In this document: positions 8,795 through 16,915 of the stretch, piece after piece | Position numbering within the stretch: position 1 is the stretch's first letter | Layout: each line of letters begins with the position of its first letter | Assembly (NCBI RefSeq): GCF_029504745.1 | Contig: NZ_JAQFIQ010000003.1 | Span: 58,404 to 90,403, forward strand | Direction: 5' to 3' | From: Breznakia sp. PF5-3 | GTDB taxonomy: Bacteria > Bacillota_I > Bacilli_A > Erysipelotrichales > Erysipelotrichaceae | Length of the DNA: 32,000 bases | The notes under the pieces: model-generated | Databases searched by the model: none | Seen by the model: the letters and a program-made list of their open reading frames with translations, nothing else | What the model was told of the DNA's origin: nothing | Made by a program: the position numbers and the translations under genes

Positions 8795-9109
8795 TTATTC
8801 TAAAATGGAAACTTTCTCAGCTATGAATTCATAGTTTGGATAAGTGACATTATCTTCACTAGTATAAGGATTTGTTTGGATCCTACCTTTTATAGCAATG
8901 TTAGAGCCAACTTTACATAAATCATTACAGCTCTCTGCAATTCCTCTCCATAATGTACAAGTAATATCATCATACTCGTATTCATTATTAGAATTTTTAA
9001 AATTTCTGCGTACAATCAACGTCAAATGCGCATATTTAACACTATTTGATGTTTCTTGTACGACTGGTAATTCTTTTAACTTCCCTACTATAACAAATTG
9101 ATTTAACAT
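8795..9109 (-). CDS. ssb: single-stranded DNA-binding protein, short SsbB-like form without acidic C-terminal tail
   Basis: 104 aa OB-fold pattern NQFVIVGKL...RRNFKNSNNEYEYDDITCTLWRGIAE...KGRIQT. From memory this is colinear with B. subtilis SsbB/YwpH. It ends right after the OB fold. AAGAGGT SD. Confidence 0.75.
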   Translation of the reverse strand: MLNQFVIVGKLKELPVVQETSNSVKYAHLTLIVRRNFKNSNNEYEYDDITCTLWRGIAESCNDLCKVGSNIAIKGRIQTNPYTSEDNVTYPNYEFIAEKVSILE

Positions 9110-9223
9110 AAGTACCTCTTTTCTTACTTTCTAGTATATATATTCATAAAAAATAGAATTATTCCTAAAAAATAACAAATAAAAAAGAGGGCCATTTTAT
9201 ATGACTCCTCGTTTAGGTACTGA

Positions 9224-10501
9224 TTACACTGCTTTTTTTGGCTCAATTAATATTTTGCTATGATTTTTTTGATCGATAAGTTGATATGCCTTATATAAAT
9301 CTTCCTTTGTTATTGTTTCAATCATTTCTAAATTTTTGAAGAAATCAATATTACTAAAATACATACGCATAAAACTAATACTAATAGCTTCAAAACTATT
9401 AAGCGAATTGATATTTGTTCCAAAATAACGTTTTTTCAAATTTGATAATTCGTTTTCATCAAAAGCATCCAAGTGTAACATTGTGGTTTGAATCATTTCG
9501 AAAAATGAATCGGTCTTTTTTGTTTCATTAGAAAATAACAAAATACCATAATCAGGTCCTATTTCAACCTCATAACTAAAGGCATCATTGATGATTTCAT
9601 CATCTAGCCATACTTGGTATTGTTTTGAAAGTGGTGAGAAAGCTAAATCTAATAATAAAGTTAAACACCATTCAATTTTACTGGCCTCAAATCCATTTTT
9701 GATACCATCAAATTTATAAACATCAGCAACTTTAGTAGTTGAAATATCCATAGCAATAGATTGAATTGTTTTCCCCACTGCTTTAGGTTCATCATAATAT
9801 ACACGTTTTGCATCATGTAAACGCGGAAAATCTTTTTGTGCTTGATTTTTTTTGATTTCATCTAAAATGATAGTTGGATCCATTGCACTAACACCTACTA
9901 AAATCATTTTGGAAGGATGATAGTTTAGTTTATAACACTCTTGAAGTATATCGTATGTAATTGCTGTTACACTTTCAGCAGTTCCACCAATATCATTACG
10001 TAATGGATGCTTTTGAAAGATAGATTCAAAGGATTCACTGAACAAACGTGAATCACTCATCTGTTTATACATCTCTAACTCTTGAATAATAATCCCCTTT
10101 TCCTTTTCTACTGATGCTTCTGTAATAGTTAATTCTTGAACAAAATCAAGCAACAAATGAAGTGGTTTTATTGGATTATTGGTAGTTGAAAAATAATAAG
10201 CTGTTTCATTATAAGAAGTAAAAGCATTTACATTTGCTCCTAAACTAGAAAATTCTTCCATTACATCTTTCCCTTCTTTTTCAAACATCTTATGTTCTAA
10301 AAAGTGGGCAACCCCATGTGGATATGTATGAATAACATTGTTTTCATCAAGTTGTTCAGAATCACGTCCTCCAAAAGGTGTAGCAAATACAAAATTAGAC
10401 TTCTTGAATCCAGGTTTTTGCCAAATAACAACATGCAAACCATTTTCTAAAGTTTCTTCAATATAAGACTCTTCGAATCGTTTATTTTCAATTTTATTCA
10501 T
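9224..10501 (-). CDS. M16 family zinc peptidase, catalytic subunit (YmfH-like)
   Basis: Inverted zincin motif HFLEH followed by downstream E residues. Start placed at ATG 10501, 6 nt after GGAGG. The track GTG at 10507 sits on the SD. An ATGAATAA overlap joins it to the upstream gene. Confidence 0.8.
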   Translation of the reverse strand: MNKIENKRFEESYIEETLENGLHVVIWQKPGFKKSNFVFATPFGGRDSEQLDENNVIHTYPHGVAHFLEHKMFEKEGKDVMEEFSSLGANVNAFTSYNETAYYFSTTNNPIKPLHLLLDFVQELTITEASVEKEKGIIIQELEMYKQMSDSRLFSESFESIFQKHPLRNDIGGTAESVTAITYDILQECYKLNYHPSKMILVGVSAMDPTIILDEIKKNQAQKDFPRLHDAKRVYYDEPKAVGKTIQSIAMDISTTKVADVYKFDGIKNGFEASKIEWCLTLLLDLAFSPLSKQYQVWLDDEIINDAFSYEVEIGPDYGILLFSNETKKTDSFFEMIQTTMLHLDAFDENELSNLKKRYFGTNINSLNSFEAISISFMRMYFSNIDFFKNLEMIETITKEDLYKAYQLIDQKNHSKILIEPKKAV

Positions 10502-11738
10502 GTGCACCCTCCTTTGTTAGAACGAAAGTTGATAAGTATTTGCAGTTTGAAAATACTTCCTTAATATCCTCACGCTGAACAACTTTGATTTTTTCAATGA
10601 TATCTGAAACCTTTTGTGTATTATTCAACAAGATATTACGATAAGCAAAATTTAAAATTCCAAATTGATCATCTTGTTGATTTGTCATCATATTTATTAA
10701 CATTTCTTTTATTGTGGAAATACTTTCATCTGGAAAATCTCCAGTACAAACACGATGAAATTGCTCTTTGATTAAATCAATTGTTTTATTAACGTTTTTT
10801 GGGTCAACTCCTACATTAACAAGCATTCCCCCATCATAGGCTAATAAACTAGATGAAATAGAGTAACAAAGGCTATGTTTTTCTCTCACCTCACGAAATA
10901 GTAATGAAGAAGGTGTTTGGCCAAAAATTGCATTGGCAACCTGCAGACTCCAAAAAGATTCATCACTGTTTTTAATATTTGTTTGATATGCCATCGTGAT
11001 GTAGGCTTGTGAAATATCACGATTTTCTTCATAGTAATCTTGAATATCAGTTGCATGTAAAGAATAAGAACTATTTGCTATATTTGAAATATTTTTTTGA
11101 TTAAAAATAGTTTGTAATTTTGATTTACTTTCTTCTTCATCTACATCACCTACTACTAGAATATCAATATCATCATTTTCAATCATATTATGATAAACTG
11201 CATACAAGTCTTTTAGCGTTAGTTTTTTGATATTATCAATTTGATGAATCGCTTGAATTCCTAATGCCTGCCCTTTTCCAATCAATGCCGATGTGGCAAC
11301 GGGTGAATATTGTGCAGGTTCATCAATAATACGTGCAATCTTTGATAACGTAATTCGTTTCGCCTCTTCCACAAACATAGCATTAAACATGCCATCTTTA
11401 TCCAATAGCGGACGGTAAATGAAATCAGACAATAATTTTATGACTTCATCAAATAAATTAATATCATTTTGAATAAAACTAGAGTTGATAAATTTGGAAC
11501 GCAATTCAACAACTTGTGTGTTTCCATAAGTGACATAATTACTTGATAAAGAAGCCCCATACAATTCGTTTAAGCGATTGACTACAGCTTGTTTGTCTGG
11601 ATATTTTGCACATACATTGCTTAACAAATCACTTAAAATCATTTTACCTGCAATAGTGTTTTCACTTAGGTTTGAGCGAAAGCGAACACTAACAATAACA
11701 TTTTTAAATTTAGTTTCTTTAATAATTTTTATATTCAT
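10494..11738 (-). CDS. M16 family peptidase-like protein lacking HxxEH (YmfF-like non-catalytic partner)
   Basis: Same size and two-lobed M16 layout, but no HxxEH in the N-terminal lobe. Start at ATG 11738, 5 nt after AAGGAG. It lies between ftsK and the catalytic M16 gene, as spoIIIE..ymfF-ymfH does in B. subtilis. Confidence 0.7.
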   Translation of the reverse strand: MNIKIIKETKFKNVIVSVRFRSNLSENTIAGKMILSDLLSNVCAKYPDKQAVVNRLNELYGASLSSNYVTYGNTQVVELRSKFINSSFIQNDINLFDEVIKLLSDFIYRPLLDKDGMFNAMFVEEAKRITLSKIARIIDEPAQYSPVATSALIGKGQALGIQAIHQIDNIKKLTLKDLYAVYHNMIENDDIDILVVGDVDEEESKSKLQTIFNQKNISNIANSSYSLHATDIQDYYEENRDISQAYITMAYQTNIKNSDESFWSLQVANAIFGQTPSSLLFREVREKHSLCYSISSSLLAYDGGMLVNVGVDPKNVNKTIDLIKEQFHRVCTGDFPDESISTIKEMLINMMTNQQDDQFGILNFAYRNILLNNTQKVSDIIEKIKVVQREDIKEVFSNCKYLSTFVLTKEGAHE

Positions 11739-11776
11739 AGACACTCCTTATTTTAAGAAAACGATCATGTAGATCA

Positions 11777-14029
11777 TTATTCTTCCATCATCGTTTCATT
11801 TTTAACATATACTTCGCGAGGCTTTGATCCATTTGCAGGACCAATAATACCATTGGCTTCCAATGTGTCTACAAGTCTTGCAGCACGTGAATAACCAATT
11901 GAAAATTTTCGTTGAATAAAAGATGTGCTCGCTTTTCTAGATTCAATTACAAACAATTTAACATCTTCATACAAAGGGTCATTAGAGTCACTGTGTCCAC
12001 TTTGCTGGTCAACTGCCTCTAAACGTACAAAGGTATCTTCATAGTGTGGTTTTCCTTGTTTAGCGCAGTAGTCAGCAATTAATTTCACTTCATCATCGGA
12101 AACAAAGCATCCCTGCACTCGAATAGGATTATTCTCGCCTTGTGGAATATATAACATATCTCCTAAACCAAGAAGTTTCTCTGCCCCTTGTTGATCAAGA
12201 ATGGTCCGTGAATCAATCGCACTTGAAACTGCAAATGCAATTCGACTAGGAATATTGGCTTTGATAACCCCAGTAATTACGTCAACACTAGGTCTTTGTG
12301 TAGCAACAACCAAATGAATTCCTGCAGCTCTAGCTAATTGGGTAATTCTTTGAATACTTGCTTCTACATCTTTGGCAGCTACTAACATTAAATCGGCTAA
12401 CTCATCAATAATAACAACAATCCATGGCATTTTCTCAAGTGGCTCATCATGACTATCTAAATATTGATTGTAGCCTGAAATATTACGAACTCCAGCTTTT
12501 GAAAACAACTCATAGCGATCTTCCATCATCTTTACTACAACTTTTAAAGCCCGACTTGCTTCTTCACCATCGGTGATTACAGGTCCTATTAAATGGGGTA
12601 TATTCATATATTGTGTAAATTCAACTTTCTTAGGGTCGATTAACAACAGTTTTACCTCATCTGGTGTGGCTCTCATCAAAATAGATGTAATGATACTATT
12701 TACACATACGCTTTTTCCACTACCAGTTGCTCCTGCAATAAGTAGATGAGGCATTTTGTTCAATTCACCGTATACACAGTTTCCCATCAAGTCTTTACCT
12801 AATGCGAATAACAATTTTTTATGTTCACTGCCTGGAGGTATTTGACGCATCAAATCACGAATATTAACGAGTGTTTTTTCTTGGTTAGGAATTTCAATAC
12901 CAACCGTACTCTTTCCTGGAATCGGTGCTTCAATACGAATATCTTTAGCAGCGAGTCCCATTTTTATATCTTGTTGTAAATTGCTAATACGATTTACACG
13001 AACCCCCATTTCAGGTTTTAATTCAAACTTTGTAACACTTGGACCAATATGGGTAGCTACTAACGTAGCTTCAACACCAAATTGGTTTAATATGTGAATC
13101 AATCGTTTTCCAGATTCATTCGCTGCACTTGCATTTGCACCACTTTTTCCACTGCGTTTTGGAGCATTCAATAATGTAAGTTTTGGTAATGAATAATTTG
13201 AAAAATTTTCTGTATATGGAGCATCTGTAATAATAGGTTGTACTTTCGCAACCTTTTTTTCTGTTTTTGGTTTCTCAATAATGTCATCCACATCAAGAAA
13301 ATTAGATGGTTCACTAGTTGTAGGATTGTTTAATAAATCTGCATAATCTTCAACAGGAACTTCTGGTTCTTCATATTGGAAAAATTCTGGTTCCGTATCA
13401 TCTTCAATGTTTTTGGTATCACGTTTTCTAAACAAGTGAATGATTCCTTTTGGAATATTAAGCAAAAGGTGTCCTAGTTTATTTCTACCCTCTTTATCTA
13501 AAACAATCAATAATGATAATAATGATAACATCACTAATATAATATAGGTACCACTACGATCAAATAACATCGATGATAAACTATATAGGAAGGCTCCAAT
13601 AATTCCACCTCCTGCGTGAAAGGTACCATTGAATATAAACTCTGTATTCCTTGTGTAATAATTTAACACTTTCATTCCAGTAGCACGAGTTTCCATTGTT
13701 GTTGCTAGGAATGTTAAACAAATAACAAATAATAAAACACCAACAAAGATGTAACGTTTCCCTAAAGAAGAAAAACTCTTTTTAACCATATAATAAAGAG
13801 AAGCAAGAATAATCATAATGTATACAAAGGGACATAAATCACCTACTACATATCGCATACAATGATTTAAAAATTCTCCTACTAAACCAACATTCAAACC
13901 ACCAATTAAAGCAATTGTAATAATAATTAAATTATAAATATAAAGAAGAACTTCATTTTCTATTAAAGGTTTGCTTTGTGACTTGCGTTTTACATTCTTT
14001 TTACGTTTTGTTACCTTTTTCTTTGCCAT
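11777..14029 (-). CDS. ftsK: DNA translocase FtsK/SpoIIIE
   Basis: 750 aa with N-terminal TM helices and an acidic linker. The motor domain has Walker A GATGSGKS and Walker B VVIIDELADL. The C-terminal winged-helix gamma domain reads SFIQRKFSIGYSRAARLVD. Confidence 0.93.
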   Translation of the reverse strand: MAKKKVTKRKKNVKRKSQSKPLIENEVLLYIYNLIIITIALIGGLNVGLVGEFLNHCMRYVVGDLCPFVYIMIILASLYYMVKKSFSSLGKRYIFVGVLLFVICLTFLATTMETRATGMKVLNYYTRNTEFIFNGTFHAGGGIIGAFLYSLSSMLFDRSGTYIILVMLSLLSLLIVLDKEGRNKLGHLLLNIPKGIIHLFRKRDTKNIEDDTEPEFFQYEEPEVPVEDYADLLNNPTTSEPSNFLDVDDIIEKPKTEKKVAKVQPIITDAPYTENFSNYSLPKLTLLNAPKRSGKSGANASAANESGKRLIHILNQFGVEATLVATHIGPSVTKFELKPEMGVRVNRISNLQQDIKMGLAAKDIRIEAPIPGKSTVGIEIPNQEKTLVNIRDLMRQIPPGSEHKKLLFALGKDLMGNCVYGELNKMPHLLIAGATGSGKSVCVNSIITSILMRATPDEVKLLLIDPKKVEFTQYMNIPHLIGPVITDGEEASRALKVVVKMMEDRYELFSKAGVRNISGYNQYLDSHDEPLEKMPWIVVIIDELADLMLVAAKDVEASIQRITQLARAAGIHLVVATQRPSVDVITGVIKANIPSRIAFAVSSAIDSRTILDQQGAEKLLGLGDMLYIPQGENNPIRVQGCFVSDDEVKLIADYCAKQGKPHYEDTFVRLEAVDQQSGHSDSNDPLYEDVKLFVIESRKASTSFIQRKFSIGYSRAARLVDTLEANGIIGPANGSKPREVYVKNETMMEE

Positions 14030-14037
14030 AATTCCCC

Positions 14038-15702
14038 CTAAGCTTTATTCGTTATCTCCAAAATAACTGGCAATACCATTGGTCGTTTTCCAGTTTCTTT
14101 CGAAAGATATTTTTGAATTTTATCTTTTGCTTCTTGACGGCACTCTAAATTGTCATAACGTCTATCTTTTACCGCCTTTTTTACTGTATCTTCCATGATT
14201 TTCATTACTTCCTTTACAAGATAATCAGCATCTTTTACATAAATTAAACCACGGGTTTGAACATCTATACCACTAACAATTTTTTTAGTTTTATTATCTA
14301 ATGTAACACCAATGATCATAACACCATCCGTTGAAAGCCATTCTCTATCTTTTAAAACAACCCCTGTTACATCCCAGTTTGCATCACCATCAATCAAAGT
14401 ATCTTCTAATTCTAAGATTTCATTAGTAGAAACTAACTTACGATTTACAAATTCTGCCATTTGACCATTATCCAAAAGAATGATTCTACTATCAGAGAAT
14501 CCCATCTTTGAGGCTAAATTTGCATTTGTAATCAAATGACGATATTCTCCTTTAATTGGTAAATAATACTTTGGTTTAAACAAATAAATTGCCATTTTCA
14601 AATCTTCACTAGATGGGTGCATACTTGCAACATCTTTTGCTTTAAATGAATAGATTCTCCCACCTTCTTTATAGATTTCATTTTCCATGCTAACAGCTTC
14701 ATGTTCTGTTCCACTAACAACCGGACTTGCAACAACAATCGTATCATCTTTTAATAACTCTACGTATTTGTCTTCATGCGTAGCAATGGTCGATACTTTC
14801 AAAAATAACCGTTTCCCTCTTCCTGTTACAAGAACCACTACATTTTTCATATTGTTATTAAAATCTTTTTTATCAATGATAGAATTCTTTGGCAATTTGT
14901 AATAACCAAGTTGTTCTAAATATTTTAATGTTTTTCGTAATTCGTTATCACGAATAAAAATCTTTTTCTTATGTTTTATAGCAATATCCAAAACCTCAAG
15001 AATACGATATAGACTTTGACGATAACAAGCAATAATAAAACGGCCTTCATTCGATTCGAAAATTGGTTCTAATTTGTTTGAAATATTATGTTTTGGCGCA
15101 GTGTGTCCTTCGTTTTCTGCAGCTATAGATTCATTCAACAAACATAATACACCTTCTTTACCGATTTCACTCAGTTCATTTAAATCACAAAGATACTCAG
15201 GTTGAAGAGCATTATAATCAATAATAAATTCTCCGCTGTAGACAATGTAACCTTGGCTGGAATGAATTGCAATTCCAAAATTATCTGGCGATGCATGAGT
15301 CATCGCAAAGGTACGAATTTCAACACCTTCTACTTTGAATTTTGAAGTTCGATCAATGATATTTAATATATAATCTTTAATTCCTTCTTGTGCCAGCAAA
15401 TCACTAATAAACATAGACGTAAATTTACCAGTATATATAGGTAAATTCACTTGCCTCAATAAGAAAGGCAAAGCTCGCATAACATCATCATGGGCGTGGG
15501 TAATAAAAATCCCTCCGATGCGATCTTTGTTTTCAATTAAATATGTAAAATCAGGAATTACATACTCTACCCCTAACAGGGCATTGTCAGGAAACATAAT
15601 TCCTGCTTCAATGATAAAAATGACATTGTTAACTTCTACAACAGTCATATTTTTCCCATTTTCATCTAGCCCTCCAAGGGCGAAAATTTTAACTTTATCC
15701 AT
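14038..15702 (-). CDS. rnjB: ribonuclease J, J2-type paralog with degenerate metal-binding motifs
   Basis: 554 aa, colinear with RNase J (FALGGLDENGKN, beta-CASP, C-terminal domain ending RPMVLPVILE). Motif II reads HAHDDV instead of HGHEDH, and later PIKGEYR instead of PIHGEYR. Its position upstream of ftsK matches B. subtilis rnjB. Confidence 0.85.
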   Translation of the reverse strand: MDKVKIFALGGLDENGKNMTVVEVNNVIFIIEAGIMFPDNALLGVEYVIPDFTYLIENKDRIGGIFITHAHDDVMRALPFLLRQVNLPIYTGKFTSMFISDLLAQEGIKDYILNIIDRTSKFKVEGVEIRTFAMTHASPDNFGIAIHSSQGYIVYSGEFIIDYNALQPEYLCDLNELSEIGKEGVLCLLNESIAAENEGHTAPKHNISNKLEPIFESNEGRFIIACYRQSLYRILEVLDIAIKHKKKIFIRDNELRKTLKYLEQLGYYKLPKNSIIDKKDFNNNMKNVVVLVTGRGKRLFLKVSTIATHEDKYVELLKDDTIVVASPVVSGTEHEAVSMENEIYKEGGRIYSFKAKDVASMHPSSEDLKMAIYLFKPKYYLPIKGEYRHLITNANLASKMGFSDSRIILLDNGQMAEFVNRKLVSTNEILELEDTLIDGDANWDVTGVVLKDREWLSTDGVMIIGVTLDNKTKKIVSGIDVQTRGLIYVKDADYLVKEVMKIMEDTVKKAVKDRRYDNLECRQEAKDKIQKYLSKETGKRPMVLPVILEITNKA

Positions 15703-15847
15703 AAAATAAACCTCTTTCTGTAAACGACACTTTTATTATGGTAGTGTCTTATATTCAATTCTATAAATGAAATATCTTTTGATATTATATCACAGATTAA
15801 CGATAAAAAAGCCACAAATACTTCATCCATCAAGATTTTTCATTTAC

Positions 15848-16795
15848 TTATTTGTTTTTGCGATAACCGATATGAAAATCTACTACATTTTCTAATGGCT
15901 CATTATGAGTGTAATGTGCTATGTTTTTTGCTACCAATTTCTCATATAAAGCTCTAGTAGCAGGATTTGCAAAAGTTCCTGAAACATGAGGCGTGATTAT
16001 TAGATTATCTACATCCCACAAAGTATCTTGCTTAGATAGAGGTTCTTCATCAAAGACATCCAAATGTGCTCCATGTAAATGACCTGCATTCAAAGTATTT
16101 ATTAAAGCTTCTATATCAAGGACATTAGAACGCCCAACATTCAACAATAAACTTCCCTGCTTCATTTTTTTAAATTGCTTCTTTCCCATCATAAGATCAG
16201 TATCTTTACTTTTAGGAAGCGCTAAACACACAACATCTGCTCTTTCTAGTAAATCATTTAAAGCATCGCTTTGATACATTTCATCAAACCCTTCAAGAAG
16301 ATGATTAGATTGTCTACGGACTCCAATTGTATATCCACCTAAAGATTGTATGACTTTTGCATAGTGTTGTCCAATATCGCCAACACCAACAATTAAAAAC
16401 ACACTGTTGGCAATCAATTTTGTTTGATGAATTGGATCCCAAAGATGATCATTTTGATTCTTCATATATCGTTTAGCATTTCGCATGAGTGCGAGTGTAT
16501 ATAACAAAAGGTGTTCCCGAATTGTCAATCCAAAGGTTCCAGAAGCATTTGTAACAACGCAATCTTTTGGAATATCAGTTTCTTTATATTGATCATTGCC
16601 TGCAGAAAACAGCTGAATCCACTTAACTTTTTTCATATATGGCAAAAGTTTAGGATCAGGATTTCCAAATATAATATCGCAATCAACTAAATGCTCATTA
16701 TCAATACTTAAAGTTTTATAGTAATGATACTCTCCAAGGGTTTCCATTTGGGTTTGTAAGGTATCAGAAAAACGGAATAAACTTATAATTTTCAA
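15848..16795 (-). CDS. D-isomer-specific 2-hydroxyacid dehydrogenase (NAD-binding)
   Basis: Rossmann motif VGVGDIGQ, catalytic-region RSN...D..AL, and PHVSG near the C-terminus. Start placed at TTG 16795 (MKIISLF...), 4 nt after GAGGTGA. The track's upstream 21 codons have no SD. Confidence 0.8.
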   Translation of the reverse strand: MKIISLFRFSDTLQTQMETLGEYHYYKTLSIDNEHLVDCDIIFGNPDPKLLPYMKKVKWIQLFSAGNDQYKETDIPKDCVVTNASGTFGLTIREHLLLYTLALMRNAKRYMKNQNDHLWDPIHQTKLIANSVFLIVGVGDIGQHYAKVIQSLGGYTIGVRRQSNHLLEGFDEMYQSDALNDLLERADVVCLALPKSKDTDLMMGKKQFKKMKQGSLLLNVGRSNVLDIEALINTLNAGHLHGAHLDVFDEEPLSKQDTLWDVDNLIITPHVSGTFANPATRALYEKLVAKNIAHYTHNEPLENVVDFHIGYRKNK

Positions 16796-16915
16796 ACTAT
16801 TCACCTCGTTGATATTATACCATACTTCTTTATATATATATGTGGATATAAAAATCAAGATATGTTAAAATAACTGATACAGTAAAATTAAAGAAGGAAT
16901 GGTTGTGAAAAAATT

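Noticed and set aside
8898-9101. Plus-strand ORF antisense to the ssb gene
   Set aside because: The opposite strand gives a clear OB-fold SSB match, and this frame gives nothing.
9176-9215. Possible terminator downstream of the M16 operon (gagggcc...ctcctc region followed on the minus strand by a T-run)
   Set aside because: Only about 4 bp of convincing stem can be drawn. The T-run alone is not enough to call a terminator.
9661-9861. Minus-strand alternative-frame ORF inside the M16 peptidase gene
   Set aside because: It is out of frame within a motif-supported gene and has K-rich low-complexity composition.
11578-15709. Plus-strand ORFs 11578..11772, 14687..14902 and 15518..15709
   Set aside because: They are antisense to the M16, RNase J and rnjB start regions, with no independent signals.
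15726-15748. Hairpin gacact-N11-agtgtc in the rnjB 5' region, downstream of a TGATATAAT extended -10 box
   Set aside because: It has a 6-bp stem with an 11-nt loop in AT-rich DNA. That is too weak to call a regulatory element without conservation data.
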